Part shown: one piece after another, positions 1-9,379 of the stretch
How positions within the stretch are numbered: the stretch's first letter is position 1
Layout: each line of letters starts with the position of its first letter
Source: Polyangium jinanense
GTDB taxonomy: Bacteria > Myxococcota_A > Polyangia > Polyangiales > Polyangiaceae
Length of the DNA stretch: 64,000 nt
Assembly: GCF_028435265.1 (NCBI RefSeq)
Contig: NZ_JAGTJK010000012.1
Coordinates: 102,900 to 166,899 of the forward strand
Reading direction: 5' to 3'
Notes under the pieces: generated by a model
What the model saw: only the letters and a program-made list of their open reading frames with translations
What the model was told of the DNA's origin: nothing
The model's database searches: none
Translations under genes and position numbers: made by a program

Positions 1-159
1 CGGCGGGCTCGGGCGCGAGGAGCGGGGCGTTCGCTTGCGAATCGGACTTCGGCGTGGGGGAGCACGCGGCGAAGCCGAGGAGGGCGAAGCGGGCGAGGGA
101 CCGGGGCGCGAATCGAGGGGCCGAGGGGAAGGCCATGTGGCCGTGAGCGTGGATCGAAT

Positions 160-285
160 CGAGCAGGCGCGCTCGCGCCTTGGAGCGGCTTTTGCGTGTG
201 GAAATGGCGAATGCCTCACCGTGTTACCATGATGTCGTGAAAATGGTGTTCACGGGATTCGAGCTTTCCGTGGTAGGGTGATCTC
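160..285. repeat. Conserved ~125-bp non-coding element upstream of the HAD lipoprotein gene; a diverged (~75%) second copy lies at 2054-2180
   Basis: Direct alignment: ccttggagcggcttttgcgtgtgga..gtgttaccatgatg..ttcacgggattcgagctttc (copy 1) against ccctggagcggctttgggcgtgtgga..gtgttaccacgatg..ttcaccggattcgagctttc (copy 2). Confidence 0.6.
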
Positions 286-303
286 AGAAAGGGGATCCTT
301 GCC

Positions 304-1758
304 ATGATCAAGATTCGATCTTTTCTTCCCGTCGCGCTCGTTGTGGGGATGGCGACGCTCTCGGCGGCTTGCACGGACGAGGGAGAGAACGGCTCCGGAG
401 GCAACGGGGGAGCAGGCGCGACCGGTGGCACGGGCGGTACGGGCGGCACCGGTGGAATGGGCGGCACGGGCGGAATGGGCGGGGCCGGGGGAATGGGCGG
501 CGCGGGTGGAATGGGCGGCGTCGGCGGGATGGGCGGCGCGGGAGGCGCGATGGCCGCGCCGGACCTGGATTCGAATCTGATGTGGTACGGCCAGAACCGC
601 GAAGCGCTCGACAAGATGATCGACGAGGTCGGGGTGAACAGCGCGTCGTACGATCCGGCGCAGAAGCCCGTCGCGATTTTCGACTGGGACAACACGGTCA
701 TCAAGAACGACGTGGGGGATCTCGTGTTCTTCTGGCTCGTGAAGAACGACAAGATCATGCAGCCGCCGAACAAGGATTGGCGCACGACGAGCCGTTTCCT
801 GACGAATGACGCGCGGAACGCGCTGAACCAGGCGTGCGGAGCGCTGGTCGACGCGGGGATGCCGCTGCCAACGAGCACGAACGCGGAATGCGCGGACGAG
901 ATCCTCGCGGTGTATACGACGGGGAAGACGGTGGACGCGAAGGCGGCGTTCGAGGCGTGGAACTATCGCACGATGGAGCCTGCGTACGCCTGGGCCGCAG
1001 AGGTGCAGGCGGGATACACGCCGGCCGAGATGAAGGCATTCGCGAACACGGCGATCGAAGAGGGGCTCGCCGCGGCGGAGGGGACGAAGCAGACGATCGG
1101 GACGACGTCGGTCAATGCGTACGTGCGGATCTACGAGCAAATCAACGATCTGATCGACGTGATGCAGAAGAATGGGCTCGACGTGTGGGTGATTTCAGCA
1201 TCGCCGCAGCCGAACGTGGAGGCGTTCGCGGAGCGCGTGAACGTGGGCGCGGATCACGTGATCGCGATCCGGAACCTGCTCGACGGGGCCGGGAAGCTGA
1301 CGTACGACTTCGAGGGATGCGGATCGGTCGTGGATGGGTCGGGGAACGGCGCGAATCCCGTCGGCAATACGATGATCACGTACATCGAGGGCAAACGCTG
1401 CTGGATGAACAAGGTGATCTACGGGGTGACCGGGGCCGACGCGGAGAAGCCGAACGCGGACATGAAGAAGCGGCCGGTGTTCGGCGCGGGCGACTCGGAT
1501 ACGGACATCTCGTTCCTGCACGACGCGACGGTGCTGAAGCTCGCGGTGAACCGCAACAAGAACGAGCTCATGTGCAACGCATACGCGAACTACATGAACA
1601 AGTGGCTCGTGAACCCGATGTTCATCCTCCCAAACCCGCAGAAAGCCGCGCCGTACCCGTGTGCGACGACGGGCTGCAAGGACGCGTCGGGCGCCTCCGT
1701 TTCGTGCGTGAACGAGGTGGGTGAGGGGATCCCGGATCAGATGGATACGGTGTTCTGA
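304..1758 (+). CDS. Secreted lipoprotein, HAD-superfamily hydrolase/phosphatase (subfamily IB-like) with an N-terminal Gly-rich linker
   Basis: Signal peptide plus lipobox (LSAAC). HAD motif I DWDNT (DxDxT) and motif IV GDSDTD are present. The ORF is 484 aa with no internal stops. Confidence 0.8.
   Translation: MIKIRSFLPVALVVGMATLSAACTDEGENGSGGNGGAGATGGTGGTGGTGGMGGTGGMGGAGGMGGAGGMGGVGGMGGAGGAMAAPDLDSNLMWYGQNREALDKMIDEVGVNSASYDPAQKPVAIFDWDNTVIKNDVGDLVFFWLVKNDKIMQPPNKDWRTTSRFLTNDARNALNQACGALVDAGMPLPTSTNAECADEILAVYTTGKTVDAKAAFEAWNYRTMEPAYAWAAEVQAGYTPAEMKAFANTAIEEGLAAAEGTKQTIGTTSVNAYVRIYEQINDLIDVMQKNGLDVWVISASPQPNVEAFAERVNVGADHVIAIRNLLDGAGKLTYDFEGCGSVVDGSGNGANPVGNTMITYIEGKRCWMNKVIYGVTGADAEKPNADMKKRPVFGAGDSDTDISFLHDATVLKLAVNRNKNELMCNAYANYMNKWLVNPMFILPNPQKAAPYPCATTGCKDASGASVSCVNEVGEGIPDQMDTVF
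400..545 (+). repeat. In-frame tandem 12/24-bp repeats encoding (GGT/GGM)n Gly-rich linker
   Basis: ggcggcacgggcggaatgggcgg units are repeated and translate to GGTGGTGGTGGMGGTGGMGGAGGMGG. Confidence 0.7.
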
Positions 1759-2053
1759 TCGCGGAAACGAAAAGGGAGGGCTCCGCGCGGGGCCCTCCCC
1801 GGGTGTTCACGGGTTCCGGACGCAACGAAAGCCGAGCCCGGGGACCTCGTAGGTGTGAATGGCGGCGCCGCGGAAGGCGGTCTGGATGCCGAGGTTCGAT
1901 CGATTCCAGCCGCCGCCACGCACGACGTGCACGAGCACGCCGGGCTTTTGCACGTGGGGATCCGTGACGGCGTCGGCGCCATATTTGGCATAGGTGTCGT
2001 CGCACCACTCCCAGACGTTGCCCGCGAGGTCGTGGAGCGTGCCGGTGGGCCAG
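1527..2053. repeat. Segmental duplication A, copy 1 (527 bp; ~99% identical to 3048-3573). It spans the HAD gene 3' end, the convergent intergenic region and the FGE gene 3' end
   Basis: Base-by-base comparison found only a few mismatches (e.g. gtgaacccgatg vs gtgaccccgatg; cacgtgggg vs cacatgggg). Confidence 0.85.
1807..2053 (-). pseudogene. Truncated duplicate of the C-terminal ~80 codons of the FGE-sulfatase gene (intact copy 3328-4371)
   Basis: Lies inside duplication A copy 1. It has the same sequence as 3328-3573 but lacks the upstream 5' portion of the gene. Confidence 0.5.
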
Positions 2054-2180
2054 ATGCGGTCGCGCCCTGGAGCGGCTTTGGGCGTGTGGAGTGCGTGTGG
2101 AAATAGGGAATGGTTCAGCGTGTTACCACGATGTAAATAAAATTACGTTCACCGGATTCGAGCTTTCTGGCGCGGGATGA
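2054..2180. repeat. Second, diverged copy of the conserved upstream element (see 160-285)
   Basis: ~75% identity to 160-285 over ~120 bp. Confidence 0.6.
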
Positions 2181-2361
2181 CCTCTTGGGGGAGTGGGCGC
2201 GACCAGCTGCACGAACACATATCAATTGTTCAGTGTTGTGGCGCATGTCTGTTCCATACTATAGTTCCTTGCCTCTCTGCGAGGGCGTAGTGCTAGGTGG
2301 CACGGGGCGCAGCGCAGCCAGGTGCGGTCAGGATGATCGATAGCAGAGGACGAGGTGAATC

Positions 2362-2793
2362 ATGCCTTCGAGCAAGATCGACGCGATGATGTTCACGGTT
2401 CTCATCGGAATGGTGTCGGCAGGCTGCATCGCCGAGGACGGCTCCGTCCAAGACGAGTATGCGATGCGTGCAGAGGAAGAGGTCGAGGCGGTTGAGGAGG
2501 CCGCGCAGGCGCTCGATACATGCACGACGACCGGCGGCGGCACCTGGGGAAACATCATTACCCTCTGCAGGACGTCGAACAACAGCCTCTACGTCAAGAA
2601 ACGCGACGGTGGGGCGTTTACGTCTTCGGGGACGATGAAGCTCAAGACGTGGTTGGGTACCATCGACACGAGGCCCGTATACGTCGGACAAAAGGAGGTC
2701 TGGTTCGGCCCCCCGGGGCCGGGATGGTATTCTGCTCTCTACGAGTCTAATGCGCCCGGGACGGCTTATACGGGCGAGATTCAGGTCCAGTAA
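2362..2793 (+). CDS. Small secreted/lipoprotein (143 aa) of unknown function, encoded in a lower-GC islet
   Basis: GAGG RBS 7 nt upstream. Signal peptide with lipobox (VSAGC). Codon usage has many A/T-ending codons, unlike the surrounding genes. Confidence 0.55.
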   Translation: MPSSKIDAMMFTVLIGMVSAGCIAEDGSVQDEYAMRAEEEVEAVEEAAQALDTCTTTGGGTWGNIITLCRTSNNSLYVKKRDGGAFTSSGTMKLKTWLGTIDTRPVYVGQKEVWFGPPGPGWYSALYESNAPGTAYTGEIQVQ

Positions 2794-2829
2794 TGATCGT
2801 CTGCCCAGCGCCGCTACCCAAGCGGCGCT

Positions 2830-3047
2830 GGGCGGGTGGGATCAGTCGAGGCCGAGGCGCGCGCGGGCGTCGGCGTACGCGTCGCTCACCGAGAACACGA
2901 TGAGCTCGCGGGCCTCGGCATTGCGACCGATCCAGGTGAGGCGCTCCTTGCCGGACGCCGGAGGCTGGTTCGTGTGGCCGCCAGCCCAGGCAATGCCCGT
3001 GAGCGCGATGTTGGGATCACCGACCGCGAGCAAGCCCGCGCGCGCAC
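2830..3047 (-). pseudogene. Displaced ~99% identical copy (segment B') of the 3' end of the giant TPR gene (original 4331-4548)
   Basis: Direct alignment shows two mismatches in ~218 bp. The segment is joined to duplication A copy 2 at 3047/3048 with gcacgacg microhomology. Confidence 0.75.
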
Positions 3048-3279
3048 GACGGTGCTGAAGCTCGCGGTGAACCGCAACAAGAACGAGCTCATGTGCAACG
3101 CATACGCGAACTACATGAACAAGTGGCTCGTGACCCCGATGTTCATCCTGCCAAACCCGCAGAAAGCCGCGCCGTACCCGTGTGCGACGACGGGCTGCAA
3201 GGACGCGTCGGGCGCCTCCGTTTCGTGCGTGAACGAGGTGGGTGAGGGGATCCCGGATCAGATGGATACGGTGTTCTGA
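3048..3279 (+). pseudogene. Duplicate of the HAD lipoprotein gene 3' end (last ~77 codons), part of duplication A copy 2 (3048-3573)
   Basis: Near-identical to 1527-1758. It encodes TVLKLAVNRNKNELMCNAYANYMNKWLV(T/N)PMF..DQMDTVF with no start or upstream part. Confidence 0.75.
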
Positions 3280-3327
3280 TCGCGGAAACGAAAAGGGAGG
3301 GCTCCGCGCGGGGCCCTCCCCGGGTGT

Positions 3328-4371
3328 TCACGGGTTCCGGACGCAACGAAAGCCGAGCCCGGGGACCTCGTAGGTGTGAATGGCGGCGCCGCGGAAGGCG
3401 GTCTGGATGCCGAGGTTCGATCGATTCCAGCCGCCGCCACGCACGACGTGCACGAGCACGCCGGGCTTTTGCACATGGGGATCCGTGACGGCGTCGGCGC
3501 CATATTTGGCATAGGTGTCGTCGCACCACTCCCAGACGTTGCCCGCGAGGTCGTGGAGCGTGCCGGTGGGCCAGCTTCGCGCGCCCTTCGGATGCGAACG
3601 CACGGGCGAGGTGCCACCGCCGTGGCAGCCGGAGTCGCCTCCGGGCGAGACGAGGACACCAATGGTGAAATCGGCGTGCTCGCAGGTGGGTTCGTCGTTG
3701 CCCCAGGGCCATTTGCGTCCGTCGCCGCCGGTCGCCGCCCATTCCCATTGCGCCTCGGTGGGGAGGTCTTTGCCTTGGGCCTTGCAATACTTCTTGGCCT
3801 TGTCCCAGGAGACCTCGTTGGCGGGGTGATCGGGGCGGCGCGGATAGTTCGCAAAGACTTCGAGGGTCTTCGGCGGGTCGCAGGTCTTTTCGTCGACGCA
3901 TGGTTTCATGGCGGCGACGGTGACCTCGGTCTCGTCCATGCAAAACGGGCGCGTGAGGACGACGCGGTGCGGGCGATCGGAGTCGGGCTGGTGTCCCTTG
4001 CGGAGGCGGCGCGCGCCGCCATTCAAGGTAAAACCTTTGCCCATGACGAATCCGTCAGGGCCGGTTTTCGGGATGTAAACCTCGCCCGCAGGGCAATGCG
4101 GGACACACGCGCCCGTGGCCTCGTCGCAGCGCTCGATCGAGGCGCAGGTGACGCCAGCGCAGCGGGAAGGTTCGGGCGGGGGCGCGGCCGAGGGGAGGGG
4201 CGTGGGCGCCGGCGGCGGAGATGCCGCAGACGCGGGTGGGGTGGGCGCGGGGGAGGCGTCCGGGGAGGAGCAGGCGGCGGCCCCGAGGAGGAGGGCCGCC
4301 GCAGAGGAGAGCAGGCGCGAGGCCAAGCGAGGGCGGGTGGGATCAGTCGAGGCCGAGGCGCGCGCGGGCAT
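3328..4371 (-). CDS. Formylglycine-generating-enzyme (FGE)/sulfatase-modifying-factor family lipoprotein
   Basis: Lipoprotein signal (LLLGAAAC). Cys-rich N-terminal module. C-terminal FGE-sulfatase domain with signature residues (WEW, GGxWxWxxD-like, RGGxW, RCV). Confidence 0.85.
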   Translation of the reverse strand: MPARASASTDPTRPRLASRLLSSAAALLLGAAACSSPDASPAPTPPASAASPPPAPTPLPSAAPPPEPSRCAGVTCASIERCDEATGACVPHCPAGEVYIPKTGPDGFVMGKGFTLNGGARRLRKGHQPDSDRPHRVVLTRPFCMDETEVTVAAMKPCVDEKTCDPPKTLEVFANYPRRPDHPANEVSWDKAKKYCKAQGKDLPTEAQWEWAATGGDGRKWPWGNDEPTCEHADFTIGVLVSPGGDSGCHGGGTSPVRSHPKGARSWPTGTLHDLAGNVWEWCDDTYAKYGADAVTDPHVQKPGVLVHVVRGGGWNRSNLGIQTAFRGAAIHTYEVPGLGFRCVRNP

Positions 4372-7300
4372 CGGCGTACGCGTCGCTCACCGAGAAGACG
4401 ATGAGCTCGCGGGCCTCGGCATTGCGACCGATCCAGGTGAGGCGCTCCTTGCCGGACGCCGGAGGCTGGTTCGTGTGGCCGCCAGCCCAGGCAATGCCCG
4501 TGAGCGCGATGTTGGGATCACCGACCGCGAGCAAGCCCGCGCGCGCACCCCAGCCGTTCACCGCGGTGTTGAGGGTCGAGGCGCGGTTGCCGATGTTGGC
4601 GATGACGTCGGTCGCGAGCGTGCGCACCTGCGGATCGAGGCTCGCCGGGAGCGCCTTGGCGACGCGCGCCGACGCATCGTTGAGCTTGGCCGGGTCGACA
4701 CCTTGCGGGGCAAACCCGGGGCTCAGCGCCTTGAGGTACGCGGCGAGCAGCGGCCAGAGGTCGATCGGCGCGGTGCGCGCGAAGGCCGTGGCATTCGCCT
4801 GGACGACCTTGAGCGCGCGGTGAACGAGGAACGTGCGGACAGCCTCGTTCGTCGCGGCCACGAGCGGCGCGCCGAGCACGATCGTCGGTGGATGCGCGCT
4901 CGCTGCGACGCACACCGAGCCGAGCGTGGACGACTGCAGCACCTTGAGATCCTCGATCCCGTAGGCGCGTGCGAGCTCCTTGATCTCCTCGGCGAGGTGC
5001 GCCTGCGGGGGCGGGAAGGGCGTCGCGCGGACCGACGTGACGTCGAACGGCACGGCCGTGTCGAGCATCGGCCCAGTGCGCTGCAGGAGGTCGCGGAACG
5101 CAGGCGTCATCACGTCGGGCGCGACCAGCTCGTCGAGCGAGAGGTCGCCGGCCGCCACGCCCGCGCCCGGAAGATCGACCGCGCCGCCGTCGAGGGCCGC
5201 CACGCTGCCACGCGCGATGCGCGCGACCTCGGGCCTTCCGCGTAGATCGGCGACGGTGGCGACGGTGCTGAAGAGGTACGGCTCGAAGCGGCCGGTGCCG
5301 AGCGCGCGGCGCGCGTCGGCGACGGCACGATCGAGCAGGACGTTCGCAGCCTGCGCCTGATCGGTGCGCTGGTAGAAGCTCGCGAGCGCGCCGAGCGCGA
5401 CGTCGTCCTTGGGCCAGGTCTTGCGCGCCTGGAGCAAGGTCTGCTCGGCCTTCTTGAGGTCGCCCATCGCCTCGTAGATCTCGGCGAGCTGCGTCGTGCG
5501 ACGGCACTTCGCCTCGGGCTCCTCGACGTTGTTGATGAGGATCGTCTGCTGCTCGAGGGCCTTCGCCGTGTCGCCGAGGTTCTTGTAGAGGTCGACGAGG
5601 CGCTCACGCGCGGGCTCGTTGTTCGCGAAGCGCTTCAAGACCTCCTGGTAGGAGAGCTCGGCGCGCTCGGCGTTCGGCAACGGTCCGTTGTAGAGGTCGC
5701 CGAGGCGCATGTAGAGCTCGGCCTGGCGCTCGGGCTCCGCGACGAGGCGCGCGAGCCGGATCCAGGCCTGCTCCGCGCCGCCCCAGTCGTCTTCCCTCGC
5801 GCAGACGTCGGCAAACGCCGTCAGAGCCTCGACGTGGTCGGGGTTCTGATCGAGCGCCGCCGCGAGAGCCTGCTTCGCCGCCGCCGCGTCGCCGACGTCG
5901 GCGAGCGCGCGGCCACGCAGGACCTCCATCTCGACACGCTCGGCCGGATCGGTGACGGCGTCGAGGCGACGTTCGAGGAGCGCGGCGAGCTCGGCCCGCG
6001 CGCCACTCGCGACGTAGATCGCCTGTAAGCGCTGGAAGACGTCGAGGTACGAGGGATCAACCGCGAAGACGCTCTCGAAGGCGCCACGCGCGCGCTCGGT
6101 CTCGCTCGTCTTGTCGGCCCAGAGGACCGCGGCGAGGTAGAGGTTGCGCACGCGCTCCTCGGCCGTCGCGCTGGTCTGCGCGGCAGCTTCGAGCGTGGTC
6201 GCAGCCCCGACGAAGTCGCCGCTCTGCTCGAGGGCGCGGGCACGTTCGAGGTGCACCACGAGGTGACCAGGCACGAGCTCGATCGCCTTTTCGAGGAGCT
6301 CGCGGGCCTTCTCGGTTTGCCCCGCACGCGTCGCGGACTCGGCAGCGCGCAGCGAGAGCGTGGCGATCTCGGAGGCGCGCTCGGTGCGGTTCGCGAGCTC
6401 GAGGTCGGCTTCGAGCGCCGTCGCCTCGTCGCCGCGCGCGCGAGCATGCGCCGCCGTTTGGCGGAGCGCCCAGAGCCCGCGAGGCTCGTTGCGATAGGCG
6501 ATCTCGACCGGCTCGCGCGTCTCGTCCCAGCCGTGGATGCGGAGGCGGAGGCGCGCGGAGAGGTGCGCATGCGCGATGGCCTCGGGGCCTTCGAGCGTCC
6601 TCGCGAGCGTGAAGACGACCGGCTCGAGCTCCTCGTCGCGGCCGCCCGCGATGAGGGCGCTCGCCACGCGGCGGAGCGTCGGCAGGTGCGTAGGCGTCTC
6701 TTCGAGGATCGTGCGGCGCCAGAGCAGGCCGCTCGCCGCGTCGCCACGGCCGATCTCGTCGAGCTCGGCGAGGCGCTCGTACGCCTGGAGCCGCTCGACG
6801 GAATCCTCCGTCGCGCGGGCGTACTGCAAGAGGCCGTCGACGAGATCACTCGTGCCATGGCCCGCGAGCGCGGCGCGGTACGCGCAGAGCGGCGCGAGGA
6901 GCGTCTCGCCCGCGGCGATGGCTTGCCGCGAGAGGGCCGCGGCCTTCTCGAGGTCGCCGTCGCGCTCGTACTCGAGCGCGGCTTCGAGCGAGAAGCGCGC
7001 GGCGTCGGAGCCCGTGGAGGCAGCCGCGCGCTCGGCACGCCAGGCCGCGCGATCCGCGGGGCGCTCCGGCGAGAGGCGCTCGTAGAGCTCGCGCAGGCCG
7101 ATGTCGTCGGGACGCGCCGTGAGCGCCTGCGCGAGCAGGCCCGCCGCATGCGCCGCGCCTTCCGGCGTGATGAGGGCTTCGCGCACGAAGTCGCGGGCCT
7201 GCTCGATCGGATCCTCGCTCGCCTGACGGCGGAGGTGGAGCCACTCGATGAGGCCGTCGCGATCGCCCACGCCGCGCGCCGTGCGCTCGCCGAGGTGCAC

Positions 7301-9379
7301 GGAGAGCGGGAGGCGCGCGTCGATCTCGGCCGCGCCGCGGAGGAGTTTGTCGCGTTCGTCGTCGATCGAGGTGTCGGGGACCTCGACCTCGAGCAAGCGG
7401 ATCGCCGCCTCCGTGAGCAAGAGCGCGGCGCGCGTGCCAGGCTCGATCGACTGCGCGAGGCCGGCGAGGACACTCGAAGCGGTCGCGGCGTCGGCGCCCG
7501 TCGCGCGAGCGCGCGTGGCGCCTTCGTGGGCCGGATCCGATTGGCGCGCGCGATCGTACCCTTCGGCCGCGAGCTCCGCGTCGCCCGCGAGCTCGGCGAG
7601 GAGCGCGCTCGCCAGCGCGCTGTCGCGATCCCCGTCCTCTGCACCGCGCCACGCGGCGACGGCGCGGGCGACGTTCGCGCCAGCCTTCGACTCGAGGTCG
7701 AGCTCGAGCTTGAGCGCGCGGCCCGTGCCGCTGTCGGCGGCGTGCTCGGTGTAGCCGAGGATCGCCGCCGCGAGGGCGTCGTTCTCGCCGAGGGGCTTGC
7801 CGTCGGGGCGAGCGTCGGCGAGGGCGCGGCCGAGCGCCGCGGAAGCACGCGCGCTCGGGCTGCCAGCGCCGATGACGCTGCTCGAAGACGCGTCGGTTTC
7901 GCGGGAGGCCGCGCTCGCCGCGGCGAGCAGCGGCGCGAGCTCGTCGTCGCCCGCGGCCGCGTCGACGGCCTGGTCGAAGAGCTCGCGCGAGCCTCCGGTG
8001 AGCGCCGTCAAGGAGAGGCGGTCGGCAGCCGAGAACGCGATCGTGTCGCTGCCCTCGACGGCCGCGCGCGCCGCGGCGGCGTCGCCGAGCTCGATCGCGC
8101 GGGCCGCGAGGGCGCGCCGCGCGTCGGCGTCGTGCGTGCCGTCGAGCGCGCCGCGCAGGGCCTCGATCGAGCCCGGACGCGTGTCCTTGCGCGCGGCCGC
8201 GAGCATGCCCGCGAGCCAGCCCGCGCCGCCCTTGAGGGAGGCGGTGCTGCGCAGGCGCCCGAGGCTCGACACCGCGAGGGACACGTCGCCCGCTTCGAGC
8301 GCGGCGCGCGCGCGGAGGAGCGCGTCGTACGCGGAGACGACACCGCGGATGCCACGCGGCACCACGCCGCGGTGGATCGCGACCTGCGTGAACGCGTCGC
8401 GCAGCGCCGAGAGCTCGCTCGTTTCCGGCGCGCGAACCTTCGTGAAGGCGTCGTCGGCGCTGCCGAGCGCCTCGGAGAAGCGCTGCACGTGCGGGCGCGG
8501 ATCCGTGGGCAGCGAGCGCTGCGCGAGGTCCATGCGCTTCTGGGCGCCTTCCTCGTCCTCCTGGCGGATGCGCAGGACCTCGGCGCCGAGCACGGCGGCG
8601 TGGGCCCGCGCGGCCGGCGTCGGCGCGATGCGCGCCTCGGTGTCGAGCACCTCGATCGTGCCTTGCCAGTCCTGATCACGCGCGAGGAGCCCGCGGATCT
8701 GGCGATGCGCGAGCGGAGAGCTCGGCGCGAGCTCGCGCGCCTCGGCCGCGATCGCGCGCGCTGTCTGCTCCTCGCCCGCCATCGCGTAGATCTCGGACAC
8801 CGCCACGAGCGCTCGCGCGCGCGCGGCCTTGTCCTCCATCGCCTCGGCTTCGGCGCGCAGCCACGCGGCCCGCTCGGCCCACGCGTCACGCTGCTGCGTG
8901 CGCACGAGGTGCGCGCTCGCGTCCTGCTCGTCGTCGAACGTGGGCGCTCCCGCGACGGGCGCGCGCTCGCGCCGCGACGGCGCGATCGGCACGTCGTCCT
9001 CGGCTTCCACCTCGGCCACGACCGCGGCCACCGGCGTCTCCACGACGGAAGGTCCCGCGGGCGTCACCGCGTCGTGGGCGCTCGTGTCCGCGGCCGGCAG
9101 CGTGTTCGTCTCGTCGACGAGGGCCTCCACGAGCCCGTCGTCCTCGGGCCTCGTGGGCAACTCGTGCCGCACGTCCTCCTTCATGCGCGCGGTCACCTCG
9201 CCGATCTCCGGCTCGCTGCCGGAGTTCCGCAGCGACGCCATCAGCTCGTCGGGCACGTGCGCCATGATGGTCGCAGCGTCGTCGTCGTCGTCTTCGATCG
9301 CGTCCTCTGCGAGGTCGATCTCGTCGTCTTGGGGCTCGCTCACGGGACCTTGATCCTTTGCTCCAGAGTCGTGGCTCAC
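4343..9379 (-). CDS. Giant TPR/helical-repeat protein (~1678 aa) with an acidic N-terminal region; start reassigned to the GTG overlapping the upstream stop
   Basis: The 2419-aa six-frame ORF is mostly real, but its first ~740 codons are an Arg-rich shadow of the upstream gene. Real protein features begin at VSHDSGAKDQ../MAHVPDELMASL. The GTG at 9377-9379 overlaps the TGA (GTGA) of the upstream gene. TPR-like Ala/Leu-rich repeats run throughout. Confidence 0.7.
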   Translation of the reverse strand: MSHDSGAKDQGPVSEPQDDEIDLAEDAIEDDDDDAATIMAHVPDELMASLRNSGSEPEIGEVTARMKEDVRHELPTRPEDDGLVEALVDETNTLPAADTSAHDAVTPAGPSVVETPVAAVVAEVEAEDDVPIAPSRRERAPVAGAPTFDDEQDASAHLVRTQQRDAWAERAAWLRAEAEAMEDKAARARALVAVSEIYAMAGEEQTARAIAAEARELAPSSPLAHRQIRGLLARDQDWQGTIEVLDTEARIAPTPAARAHAAVLGAEVLRIRQEDEEGAQKRMDLAQRSLPTDPRPHVQRFSEALGSADDAFTKVRAPETSELSALRDAFTQVAIHRGVVPRGIRGVVSAYDALLRARAALEAGDVSLAVSSLGRLRSTASLKGGAGWLAGMLAAARKDTRPGSIEALRGALDGTHDADARRALAARAIELGDAAAARAAVEGSDTIAFSAADRLSLTALTGGSRELFDQAVDAAAGDDELAPLLAAASAASRETDASSSSVIGAGSPSARASAALGRALADARPDGKPLGENDALAAAILGYTEHAADSGTGRALKLELDLESKAGANVARAVAAWRGAEDGDRDSALASALLAELAGDAELAAEGYDRARQSDPAHEGATRARATGADAATASSVLAGLAQSIEPGTRAALLLTEAAIRLLEVEVPDTSIDDERDKLLRGAAEIDARLPLSVHLGERTARGVGDRDGLIEWLHLRRQASEDPIEQARDFVREALITPEGAAHAAGLLAQALTARPDDIGLRELYERLSPERPADRAAWRAERAAASTGSDAARFSLEAALEYERDGDLEKAAALSRQAIAAGETLLAPLCAYRAALAGHGTSDLVDGLLQYARATEDSVERLQAYERLAELDEIGRGDAASGLLWRRTILEETPTHLPTLRRVASALIAGGRDEELEPVVFTLARTLEGPEAIAHAHLSARLRLRIHGWDETREPVEIAYRNEPRGLWALRQTAAHARARGDEATALEADLELANRTERASEIATLSLRAAESATRAGQTEKARELLEKAIELVPGHLVVHLERARALEQSGDFVGAATTLEAAAQTSATAEERVRNLYLAAVLWADKTSETERARGAFESVFAVDPSYLDVFQRLQAIYVASGARAELAALLERRLDAVTDPAERVEMEVLRGRALADVGDAAAAKQALAAALDQNPDHVEALTAFADVCAREDDWGGAEQAWIRLARLVAEPERQAELYMRLGDLYNGPLPNAERAELSYQEVLKRFANNEPARERLVDLYKNLGDTAKALEQQTILINNVEEPEAKCRRTTQLAEIYEAMGDLKKAEQTLLQARKTWPKDDVALGALASFYQRTDQAQAANVLLDRAVADARRALGTGRFEPYLFSTVATVADLRGRPEVARIARGSVAALDGGAVDLPGAGVAAGDLSLDELVAPDVMTPAFRDLLQRTGPMLDTAVPFDVTSVRATPFPPPQAHLAEEIKELARAYGIEDLKVLQSSTLGSVCVAASAHPPTIVLGAPLVAATNEAVRTFLVHRALKVVQANATAFARTAPIDLWPLLAAYLKALSPGFAPQGVDPAKLNDASARVAKALPASLDPQVRTLATDVIANIGNRASTLNTAVNGWGARAGLLAVGDPNIALTGIAWAGGHTNQPPASGKERLTWIGRNAEARELIVFSVSDAYADARARLGLD

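Noticed and set aside
216-1140. Minus-strand ORFs 216-878 and 250-1140 (Pro- and Arg-rich) overlapping the HAD gene
   Set aside because: They are antisense shadows of the Gly-rich GGN repeat and the high-GC coding strand. They have no RBS or domain features.
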